33,362 nt of DNA from NCBI GenBank assembly GCA_025786725.1, contig JAHLTZ010000079.1:1-33362 (forward strand). Direction: 5' to 3'. This DNA comes from Syncephalis fuscata S228 (Eukaryota; Fungi; Zoopagomycota). Under the pieces are notes generated by a model. That model did not search any database. It had not been told where the DNA came from and was given only the letters and a program-made list of their open reading frames with translations. Of the stretch, positions 10,916 to 22,800 are shown piece after piece. Every line of letters begins with the position of its first letter. Positions within the stretch are counted from its first letter, which is position 1. The position numbers and the translations under genes are program-made.

Positions 10916-13900
10916 CTACTTGATAAGTTTAAGGGACCAGTTGTTGCCGACCAAGGTGGCAGGATTACGGATAACACAGCGAGTACCGGGTTGCGCGCCT
11001 GTGTCTCCAAGTGATGCTAATATTTGAGTACAGGAAACATCAGTTTGTGCAGTACGAGTTGTATTTTTGCTAGTAATGCCATGGCCAGTTTCTTCAATGG
11101 CTGCATAGCGCCAATCTGATTCGGTTGCACCAAGAATAATAACCCGTTCTATACGTAGTTTTCGCGCTGACACTTGTTCATTATACTTGTCGCTAATTGT
11201 ATCAAGTTCAAGCATGGATAGCTTTCTGTAGTCGGTAGGCGATTCGGAAGTAAGAACACCGTCCTTGAATATAAAACGACGATGTATATAGGCACCATCC
11301 AAAAAGTCGTACGTTACACCGTCGTCAATGTAAAGTTCGCCTTGTGCTGTTCCCTATAATATGCCGTTGGATCAGTTAGTGTATTGACTAGGGGTTTTAT
11401 ACTTACATTATTGTCAAGTGCAACAATCAACGTAAATGGATCATCCTTCATTAGTGTGGAAGCGGATCGAATGCGCTGTCGTGTCGATATAATTGATCCA
11501 CCTCGAATGTATACTGGAATACGGTTAAGCGGTGCGGCTGCTTGTAATTGGCCTGGTAAATATTTGACCATTGTAAAGTAGTCATACCATGGCTAGTTAT
11601 AATATTAAATATTAATAAACCAAAATATATAAATTAGATATTACGCTTACCTCACTGCCTGGTAAGACTACATTGATAAAGGCTGCATTGGACTGAGTAA
11701 CTGGACATATAAGCAGGTCACGGCCTAGCATGTATTGTTTATCGTTGGCAAAAAGAGAAATATCTTTTGGAAATTCAATAAACATTGGTCTAAACAATTA
11801 ATACTGTATTAGTTATTGTCATCTATTTTGATTATTTAATTACCTGGCCACTGGCATGCCTGTAAGTGCTGAAATGCGGAAGAGTGTATACCAGAATGGC
11901 AATAGGCTGTACCGTATACGGATAGCATCTCGCATCAACAGCATGTATTTCTTTTCGAATAGCCATGGCTCACGTCGTTTTGAGTCAAGATGGGCATGGG
12001 CACGGAAGAAAGGTTGGAAAGCACCTGCTTGATACCAACGTACCAATAATTCAGGTTCTGGATTGCCAAAGAAGCCACCCACATCGGCTAAATAATAACC
12101 ATGTGATTAATAATAAATACTATACAATAAGTAGGATAAATACTTACCGCCTACAAATGGAATACCACCCAAACTGGTACTCAACACCATTTGAATTGAT
12201 AAAGCTAATTGCTCCCATGTTGCCATATTATCGCCAGTCCACACTGCGCTTACTTTCTGTGTACCAGGGAAGAATGCGCGTGACAATACGAATGGACGAC
12301 GTGTTGGTGAAGTGCGTCGTTGCACACCACGTGCAGTCGATTCGTGCTAATAATTTGTATAAATTAATTTGTATTGCTAACAGCTAATGGCCAATATAAC
12401 TTACGAAAAGCAGTCCAAATAGATTATGAACGTCGCGATGTTCCCAATTACCATAGTGGATCATTTCCTTGGGCATTGTAATTTCTGGTCCGCTGAATAC
12501 TGATGGCTATATTGACATGTATTGTGAATAAAAGTCGCATCAATCAATTCAGCGTTAATAAACTTACTTCATTCATATCATTCCAAATGTGTAAAAATTC
12601 AGTTGTATATTTGTATTGATCAAATTGGAATTTTTCAATCCACCATTGCTGTGCTTGTGGATTTAAATAATCAATCCAGCGAGAATTACCGGGCCAGCAC
12701 CATCCTTCAAAGTCAGTACCATCTGGCCGTTTGATCCATAGTCCTTTTTCGGTTGCTTCTTTGAATACATAGTAGTCTGGGTCATTTTTAATATGTGGAT
12801 CTACAATTGTAACCATCTAAAGTAAAATAAATAAATATATTAATAAGTCGATATGTATATGTATATATTTAATTGGCATTAACACTTACCTTTCTTCCCT
12901 TACTGCCCAAGTTATTTTGCATAGTAATTGGATCAGGGAATTTGGTCAGATCCCAAGTAAAGTAGCGGCGTTCTATTGTATGATCAATATCTAGCCAAAT
13001 GACATCGTAAGGGATATCATAACGATCAAAGTTGGCATCAACTTGTTTGACGTCTTCCTGATTCAGATAGTTCCATCGGCATTGATGATAACCCAATGAA
13101 AACTCGGGTGGTTGAGCAGGATGGCCAGTAAGACGACCATATTGTGCATAGATGTCGGAAGGATTTGGGCCAGGAAGTAAAAGAACATCAAGTACGCCCG
13201 ACTCACTTACCCAGTGGGTGCGTGTACTTTTGTCGCTTTGTTCAAATTGGCCATCAATCTAATGAATAAATATTATTTAATTAGCTATTTAATTAGTTAT
13301 TTAATTAGTTTATAATAGTGCTCTACTAACATCATCTGTCGATAATGGTTCTTTAACAATATCAATCCATGTCTCTGCTGAGTTAAGCCAAAACGCAGCC
13401 GCTGTATTGCCTGAGTTGCGGTGTCCTAGCATTAGTGGTACTGACCCATAAAGTGCCATTGGCGAGTCACTTAGATGCTGAAAGACATCAAGATTGTATA
13501 AACGGTAAGGATCTGTGTACGCGTTTTCGCCACCTCTATTGCTTATTATTAGTATTAATATAGCGCTATTTGTTCCACATACCGTGTAGTTTTTAGCGAA
13601 ATAGGTGCTGCATGAGATGGAATGCCGTAGACGTGTTCTGCACCAGGAAAAGTAATATCGAGTGCTACAGCAGTGGGTCCTGTACACATATTAACTTAAC
13701 TAGTATAGATGATAAATGTCTGTATACTATTACCGTTTGGTTTTGGATCATGGTTGCCATTAAAATCTTCTTCCCAAGCACCGTCTTCGTTGATTTGGTC
13801 CAGTTCCGAAGTAGCTACTTTAGATGTAGGCGTATCTGATGATGCATCGGCCGATCCAGCCGATACTGAGGCTGGCTTATCACGTATACGTTCAAATCGC

Positions 13901-14469
13901 ATTAAGCCACGCTCATTGAGTACCATCGTTGTTTGGCCATTTTGCTGTAGTTCAACTCGCCATGGCCGAAGCTGCATCACTAGTTCAATGTTGCTATCCT
14001 CTGCATAGCTCAATCGAACTTTGTTTTGTTCCGTCACCAATGAGCCTTTTGCAGAGGGCATTATGCCATCAAATTGCAGTACGAATTTGTCAAGTTCACT
14101 GAACCGTGGTCGTTTCGACGTGGGGTCGGATACTTGGAGGCGAACAACGCCATTAGACGATGTTAACACAACCAGTCGTAAAGGTGACAAAGCTGGTTTG
14201 CCTTCCGGTACATCCTCGTGTAACTGTGCAGTCAACACACCTTCATTAAACTGGACTGAGCTACCATCAAGCCAATAGGGTGTTTGGCGTTCTGTCGTTT
14301 CTGCCAACATGTAGTCGGCATAGCGTCGATTACGCCGACAAAAGCCTGATTGTGCACATTTCTTAAAATCCTCTTCTTTAACGCCGTCACTCATATTCGC
14401 CACAAGTAGCGTAGTTACTAGCCAGGCGGTGATAACTGCGCTGACGCGCGTATTCAAACCAAATGGCAT
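10916..14469 (-). CDS. ROT2: ER glucosidase II alpha subunit (GH31; ROT2/GLS2/GANAB ortholog), about 11 exons
   Basis: Signal peptide then [14 protein letters not shown]; [10 protein letters not shown]; GYHQCRWNY; IWLDIDH; catalytic WNDMNE|PSVF split by an intron; WTGDN; [17 protein letters not shown]; IPVYIRGG. Confidence 0.95.
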
Positions 14470-14918
14470 GGTTGGTTGGTTATAGTTTCCAATAACAAGC
14501 AATGACGTCAGTATGCAATTCGATAGATAAAAGAAAGACAACTTGGCTTATTAGTTGTTATTGCAGTATAGGACACGTACAAGTTTGTTGTAAATAGAGG
14601 ATTTGCAGTAGCAAGTAAGTAGGAGTGGTCGATAAGAGAAAGGAGAAGATGAGTGAACACGTAATAACAACTTGAACTTGACTAGTATTTATTTATTTAA
14701 TTATATTTAAGTAGATCGGCCAATACTTCATCATCTGTGGTGTTAATGATGCTTTCTGCCTTGAATGAATTATCCACTCATTTAAGCCAGGTTTGACCGT
14801 AATGTCTACTTGAGCTTAACTGGTATTATTACTGGGTGGGTGCTCATCCACAAGTCTACACTTAATTAGTTTATAATTACATTTTTTTGATTTTCTTGTT
14901 TATTATTGTTAGTCGGCC

Positions 14919-16218
14919 ATGGCGAATTCCACTCTGACTCCTGCAAAACTTAAAGTAACTGAATTGAAAGATGAACTGGCAGCTAGACAACTGTCGACGA
15001 AAGGTAAAAAGGCCGAGCTTGTTGCGCGATTAGAGGAGGCACTTGCGCATGAGGAGCAAACCGGATCTGGTAATTCCACGCTACAACAGGGAGAACAGCC
15101 GGTTATTGAAGAAGAGGTAGCAGCAATAGCACCTGATACGGTGTCCAAGGATAAAGCTATAGACAATGGATTGACTGTGCTTGATATACCATCGACCAGT
15201 AACGCGAACTTTACTAAACCTTCAACGCCATCAGATTCTAATGCAGTACAGTTGGAGGTAGAGGTGGTAGCATCGATAAATGACCAAGCAGTGTCTGCTA
15301 TAGAAAATAGAGCAGAATCAATAGCGACTAAAGAGTCACCAGATGCAATGGACCAAGCATTTGAATCTATTGCTACTCCACCAACTGTAACATCTATACC
15401 TGCTTCTACTATGGATGAATCAACTGCTGATAAGATAGAAAATACCATTACCAATACTACTATTGCTGCTGACAATACTATTGCCACCACCAGCACCACT
15501 ACTACTGACATGGATACGTCAGCTTATATTGATCAAGGACGTAATAGTCTATGTGTATGGAATTTTGTTCGTCCATTTACGCTACCACAGGCTAAAGAGC
15601 TGTTTGAACGGCATGGAGAGATAAAGCAATTCTGGATGGATAAATTACGATCACGTTGCTATGTTACGGTAAGCAGTATTATTATTATTATTGCGTAATT
15701 AAGTAATACAGCTTGATTTAACATTAATTACTGACTATTAATGTATATAGTTTAATTCGGCTCAAGAAGCTGCCGTGGCAGCAAGTGCAATTAATGGCAT
15801 ATTATTTCCAGAACCACATGGTAAACATTTAAATGTAGCACTGCTATCAAATGAACGTACCAACCAATTACTTGATGAAGAGCAGGCCGATTCACAATTA
15901 ACGTCATCCAACCGCACTAAACGATTGTGGATTCAGCCACAGACAAATGGTGATATTTTACTGGTGGATACAGATCCTCAAGCTAGTTCAAGTAGCAAAC
16001 GTTTTCGCGAGGAATCAAGCAGTATGATCATGCCTGATGATCGTTCTAAAAAGCGAACAGCATATGATACTAGTGCATCTTTGTCGCTACCACCGCCACC
16101 ACCACCTCGTGTCGATATAAACCATTTATTCCAGAAAACGAGAACAAAACCACATTTGTATTATCGGCCATTGACCGACCAAGAGGTCATAGAACGGCGA
16201 CGAACACATCGTCAGTAG
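14919..16218 (+). CDS. Acinus-like nuclear protein (SAP domain, RRM, RSB motif); intron ~15669-15750
   Basis: SAP LKVTELKDELAARQLSTKGKKAELVARL; RRM NFVRPFTLPQAKELF..FWMDKLRSRCYVT; C-terminal LFQKTRTKPHLYYRPL resembles the RNPS1-SAP18-binding motif. Confidence 0.85.
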
Positions 16219-16294
16219 AGTAAAAAAGGTTATTAGAATTTTACAATGCTTGAATATAGTAAATTGAAATGTTGAAATGTTTCACTTGAATAAT

Positions 16295-16800
16295 TTATTA
16301 ATAATTAACATCATTTAGTGTTAAATGACTATTTTAATAACATTTAATTTATTAAATATAATAATGAGTGGTGAATGACATCAATCATCAAAATACTCAT
16401 TATTGTAGATTTATTATTTGGTATACATATATACTCTATTCACAAATATTATTCCTATTGTATGTTCATTCTACTATATTATTTAATCATACTGATCGGA
16501 TTTTATTCCAATATTGTTATTCGTTTGCTGCTAACTCTACTTAAAAGTTTTGAACTATTTTTTTATTGGGCTATACACATTATAAATTCAGCTCCGTTGT
16601 TCATACGTTTTACTTGTTGCTCTAGTTTATTTCGCATTATTCTACACTCTAGTACCCACACACTATTCAAAGCTAGTGCTTGCTTGGCTCTAGCTTTATT
16701 AGCTGTAAACCACAACTCATTCCACTCGCCGCATTGTCATTTACATTATAGCTCCATTACAAGTAATCACACACTTTCATCTGTTTACTCCTAGTGTTTT
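16295..16800 (+). repeat. Older, diverged partial copy of the arm-terminal repeat family
   Basis: TTATTAATAATTAACATCATTTAGTGTTAAATGACTATTTT matches the reverse complement of ~4080-4120; GTGGTGAATGACATCAATCATCAAAATACTCATTATTGTAGATTT matches 19871-19914; 16660-16790 resembles 20325-20450. Confidence 0.8.
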
Positions 16801-17588
16801 ATACTATCCTATAATTCAATATATAAATTTATTATGCAATAGTTTTCTGTTAGTCAGTGTTAGCACGTGGTATCTTATGCATCGGATTGTTTAATCACTA
16901 TGCTTTATTGCATAAAGTAAAACCAGGTTTACTAATACTATTTTTCATTATGACGATAGCATATTTATATTAATTGCTGTTGTAACATTTTATAAACTTT
17001 ATTGTTAATTATAGGATTGATTGATTAGCTAGTTTTGTAATAATAAACCACTTATTAAATAATTTAAATCTTACCTAGTCTTTTTGACAATTCACCGCAT
17101 TTATATGCAGATTCAGCATATATTTAATACAATAAATAACACCAACATTCGTCACATTTCAATAAGCATATGCATTTGTATGCTTAGCATATTACAAATA
17201 GAATGAATTAGACTGTAGTTGTGCGAGTCCTGTTTTTTCTTGTGTTTTACGTCACTTATTTCTTGTTGTGATTGCGTCCGGACCGCGGGTACGAATGGCG
17301 ATATAAATACAGTAATACGCGCATTTAATAACAACGAGCAACGCTTCCTTTCCGCTATTCTTACGCGATTTAGTTACCGATAGTATACCTTTTATTGTAT
17401 GCTAAGTCTTTACAAAGGAACTCTTTACTCATATAGTCCGTTACTCGTACACGGTGTTTATCTAGTATCTCCGCTCACCTCCGTTGTACTCACAACTGCC
17501 GTGAAGTCCTACTTGTATTTGAACAAAGTACCACACTCGTCAGTCTACCTGCTGCGTAATACTCATATCAAAGCCATTTTTAGTTAAA

Positions 17589-19600
17589 ATGGCGTTGAAC
17601 AGTGACAATGATCGTATTTGGAAGAATGTTGATGTTTTATTATATCTGCGCAACTTTATGGATGACAAAAAATTGGTACTACTTGCCAAGAGTTGCCGTT
17701 TCATTCATCAAATAATAACTGGCCAGTCTTATATCTGGAAACGGCGATATATGCAAAATTATTGCTTAGGCGATAAACGCAAACAAGAATGGCTTTTATG
17801 GTTTATCTGGTGCACAAATACTACAGCAAACGCAAGCATGCTTACGCCCAGTATAAACATAAAGAAACAAAAACGTTCATTATTGTCTAAAACTACAACA
17901 ATTAATAATAGCGATGATGAGGCTACGTTGTCTGTTAATGATTGCTTGTTAACTCCTGGCTTTGATACCGTCAAATGGTACTGTGCGTTTCAACGTCGCA
18001 AACAGACCAGCTACGACTTGATGGCTAGCCGATTCAATGAGCGAAGCTACCAATTGCCAGTTGATGAGCGTGCGGAACTAGGAATAGTCAGCACAAACCC
18101 ATGGAACACATTAGTATATGATAACAGAACACCAAAAATATGGCTAATTTATCATGTTGTTCGTGAAGAAGAACGTGAACATGATAGCGAGGCAATAATC
18201 GGAGAAGAATTGATTAGCACTTTAGCATTACATGATAGCACGCCTTGCGTGGATTCTATTCATGGAACAAGTCGATTTGTTGTGGCCAGCATTTCATTGA
18301 TGGTATGTGGAGATGCAAAACCAATTTATATCGGTGATCCAGTAGGTAAGTACTAATGATCAACACTAATAATTGTAGCAAACATTTATTAACACCAATA
18401 ATAATAGTGGAATGGCCTAAAGCAGAAGTGCAGCGCGACACAGAAAATGAGTCTGCAGAAGCTGTTGCATTAGCGACCTTTGCATTTTTTGAAAAGCTAA
18501 AATTTGGCACACGAACTGCTATTATAGTATAGCCTATTGATAATAGCTCACCTCCAAACATTATCTATCGTACTGGCGGTATTCAAGAAGGAGAATGCAC
18601 AGCATTTTGGCCAGAATTAATCGATACTTGTGGCGGCTGGTTACTTTTTCGCAAACGCAATATAAAAATAGCACCGCGTTGCCAATTGTATTTGTATAAT
18701 TGTAACGAAAGTCAATGGATAGAAGTTTCATCGTCTAATTTTCTTTCATCCGGTTCGATTCAGTTTGCTTGCCGTAACCAATGTCAATCGTTAAAGTTTT
18801 CAATAGCATGTAAATTTATGGAAGCTAGCGACGCTTCTACGTCCACTGCTGTACAAGATTTGAAAACTGTTGGCAGCGACGACCAATTAATAAGTATCAA
18901 ATGGAAACTATTTGATTTCCAAACGGTCTAATCTAAATGTGGACCAATATCATCGGGCCAGTTCTACCTCCCATACTGTCCAAACGCCATTACCAAATCT
19001 GTGATGTATACGAATAGAATGAGCTTAGTTATTCTATATGACTTAACTGATGAAGAACACAAAATCCACAATGGAACGTCTAATGCCTCACTCTCTTTAT
19101 TTGCATTAAAAAGACCATCACGCGATGGCTCGCTGCAACATTCATTCGACGCTGGAAATTATAATCAACTATTGCCAATTGATAGTTCTGAACAAGGACA
19201 CATATTATGGACTCGAGTTATCCACAACAATACCGTTACACCGCTATACAGCGAGAAACTGATCGTCGTTCGAGATGCTAGAAAATATAATATACTGGAT
19301 GCTTGAAACGGAAATATATTGCGTTCAATTGCTTGTCCAAGCCATTCAAAGTTTATTCCTTTGCTTGGATCTTTGTGCGCGGTATTCAACAAAAAATCTG
19401 GAAAAAACTACCTTATTGATATGCACGCTGGCAGTATTTGCATACCATCAGCACGTCCTGCTAGAGAACAAACAGGAGATGGACATTTGCTATTCTCAAA
19501 TCGCAATATATATTTCGAGTATTTTGACTATTATGCATCAAGTGTTGCTGTTAGTCGAGTCGGCTTATATAATGGAGCATACAAAGCATATATGCTATAA
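17589..19600 (+). pseudogene. F-box-like protein gene with three in-frame stops in exon 2 (probable recent pseudogene); intron ~18346-18407
   Basis: F-box-like N-terminus (DVLLYLRNFMDDKKLVLLAKSCRFIHQII..IWKRRY). After the intron one frame runs to 19600, broken only by TAG 18530, TAA 18929 and TGA 19304. Confidence 0.7.
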
Positions 19601-19697
19601 ATAAAGCTGTAGCTGCAAGCATTTAATACAAACCATTTTATATTCCATTTATTCTTTATGCCTTTTATTAGCAATTTACTAAACCATTTAATAAATT

Positions 19698-19785
19698 TTG
19701 GTGTTAAATGACTACATTTAATAATATTTGTACATTTAAGCTAACATTTGTTCTATCAGAAATGGTGATGGTGGTGAATGATATT
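19698..19785 (+). repeat. Partial diverged copy of the terminal motif immediately upstream of the right arm
   Basis: TGGTGTTAAATGACTACATTTAATAATATTTGTACATTT closely matches 167-206. Confidence 0.8.
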
Positions 19786-19815
19786 AAAAACAAATGATCG
19801 TAGTTGATGTTTTGT

Positions 19816-22800
19816 TTTGGTGTTAAATGACTATTTTTGATAACATCCAATCTATTGAACGTGTAGCTAAGTGGTGAATGACATCAATTATCAAATACTC
19901 ATCATTGTAGATTTATTATTCAGTATGCATATATCTAGTAACATATGTTTTCTATTCATCTATATCATTCTCATTATATCCTACACTACTATATATCATT
20001 CTATTCCATACTAAACACATTCTATTGTTTATATACTTTAGTGTACTTTACTCATTCTACTCATTATGCTATACGCACTATAACCTTAACATCGGTCTAT
20101 ATGCTTTCTTATCGTACATTTATCATTTTATATATTATTCTGTCCGCATACAGTCTTCTTTTATCCAAAACTGCTTTTATTTTTGTTTAGCTTATCCTTA
20201 ATAAATGTCGACTAATTCTGCTCATCTGTTCATGCATACATGCTCAATAACTTCAACATTGCTAATCGTACACTTTTCCTTGTATATTCATTCTATTCTA
20301 TGTCGTTTTATTGTATAGTAAATACGCGCTACTCAAGCTATTGCCTGTTTATCGCTAGCCTTATTCGTTGTAAATATCAACTCATTTTATTTTTCCATAC
20401 ATGCACATTATAGCTTTATCACTCACACTCACACTCCTCTTGCTGTTCATTCAGCTTGTCTTATATCATTGTATACTCTGCTGGCTACATTCTATTAAAC
20501 CCTGTTGCTAATTTGTTGTTAGTCTTATTGGTTATAAATCTTGAATCACGTAGCTATAAATTCAACACAGCCATTTATGTTTTCCTTGTTACTTTATAGT
20601 ATTATCAGTTCTAATAATGGTGCGTTACATTTAGAGACTGTCTGTTTATTGTTATCTGCATTATTTGCACAACTCAATTCATTTACTCATAGACTTAATA
20701 CAAATGATTTTAATATTATTTATGGAATACTTTATAACTATTTAAATAGGATAGCTAAGTATAGAATCACTAGCACTGCAGTTGTAGATATTACTGATCA
20801 TTTTATTACTACTTTTAATTACATCAAATAAACTTGATAAATTACAACGTATTTTAAAACTTTGAAATCTATTGCATTAGTGCTTGTCATAAACTACTGG
20901 CTAGATACCGATGCCATTTAATTATGTTATGGCTATATAAATGGTCAGCATTGCTTTAAAATAAAGTTATAATTGATATTACTGAATAAACAGAGCTACT
21001 TGCTATGCTATATGTAAAGTTTAGTGTAAATCATTTTTACGCTTAATTGGTTAAATCGTGTAACCTAGATTTAATCCATCAGTTTACCGCACTGTAAAGA
21101 TCTTGCTGATATTAGTGTTTGGCTAATATGGTGGATAGTAGCAAAGATTCTTTATACAATAGGTGAGCAGAGTGCTTTTTAGACAAGAAGATAAATGGCT
21201 TAGCGCATACTAAACTAACAGGTACGTATACTAAGATTCCTACTAGAGTGATGATGGCCATTTATATGGAAGACTACGAGTAATTACGTAGTATATTGGT
21301 CATATATGGTTTCAGGTGACTCATGTTTTATTACATTTTCCGCTATTGCCGCAGTATATAAGCAGACTTTACCACTCCTCTAAACCAGCATTGCCTTTTT
21401 ATCTTCTCTTTCTACTCTTTACCACTGGACATACGCTACACTCATTCGCTCTTACTGTCATTAGTTGTTTAATATGCTTTGCACTGCTGGACGTCTAATG
21501 ATTACAGGATCGCTGCTGCTCATTATTTGGCATATTTAAGATAAGTAAACTAGTGTGTGCGCAGTGTAATACAGTCACTCTGTTAGCTATGTTGAACATC
21601 GAGAGATATATAGTCAACTAGACACTATATGATTTTGCGGATGCATTCCAGCATGCTGCGAACGGTGTTAGATCACACTTAGCTGATTAGACTTCTGAAT
21701 AGCGAATATGGTTATTGCTATGTGTTTGCCTGTTGTAATTGCATTGATGGTATTTGGGGTATATGCAATATATAGTCTCTGCTTGGAGATATCACCTGTG
21801 CTAAATTCAATATGGAAGTGGTGATAAAGCTATGTTGTTTATACAGCTTCCGCTATCTGGAACTTGCATGAAAGTGCATAGGATTTATACAATACAACGT
21901 ATACAAACTGCCTCCATGATCATGCAGGGAATAGTAGTGATGGGTGCAGTTGGTTGAATAGTTTATGCGCGCTAGTAGTCTTGGTCATGCTCACTGCAGA
22001 AGGCAAAGGAACTTGTGTTTTGTGGCTATGACCAACAGCTGTTCTGAATTCATATCAGTGTAATTGCTCAACAAACATTATTGCGGCGGTTAATTTGCAT
22101 GCTAGTTTACTTATTTTAACTGATATAGATCCAAAAAATAGTTAAATTCAGCAAGAACAAGGCCACAATGCGCCACTAGTTACTTGGTTTGTATTATTAT
22201 ATTAGTGTTATGTAATTTTGTCAACTAAATAAAGGTAACGTTTTCTTTTGCAAATATTAACATATTACAATCAATTGTATTCAATACAACTACATCATAC
22301 TAAATATTTAAATAAAATACAAGTGCTTTATTTTGCTAATTAAATTAAATATTTCTATTACTGCTATTTAATAATTTATTAATATTTAATGTGATTTAGT
22401 GGTCAAATGACTGTATTTGATAATATTTATACATTTAAGTTAAACTTTCTTGCTATTGAACATGACGATGGGTGGTGAGTGACGTCAATCATCAAGTACT
22501 CATCAGTGTATATTATTATCCAGTATGCATATATCCTCTATTCACCTATATCATTCCATTATATCCTACACTACTATATATCATCGTATGATATACTAAA
22601 CACATTCTATTGTTTATATGTTCCAATATACTTTACTCATTCCACTCATTGCGTTATATGCACTACAACTTTAATATTGTTTTATATGGTTTCTTACTGT
22701 ATATTTATTCCGCTTTATATCATTCTATAGTATAACGTCAATAGTTACTTGGAACTGTTGTTTGTTTGATTACCAATAATAAATATTTTTATTAATTTGC

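Noticed and set aside
14909-15511. 200-aa antisense ORF (similar cases at 7670-8002 and 13709-14278)
   Set aside because: Shadow ORFs opposite well-supported genes.
4102-19815. Mating-type switching locus
   Set aside because: No HMG-box, homeodomain or pheromone/receptor gene is recognisable within or beside the arms.
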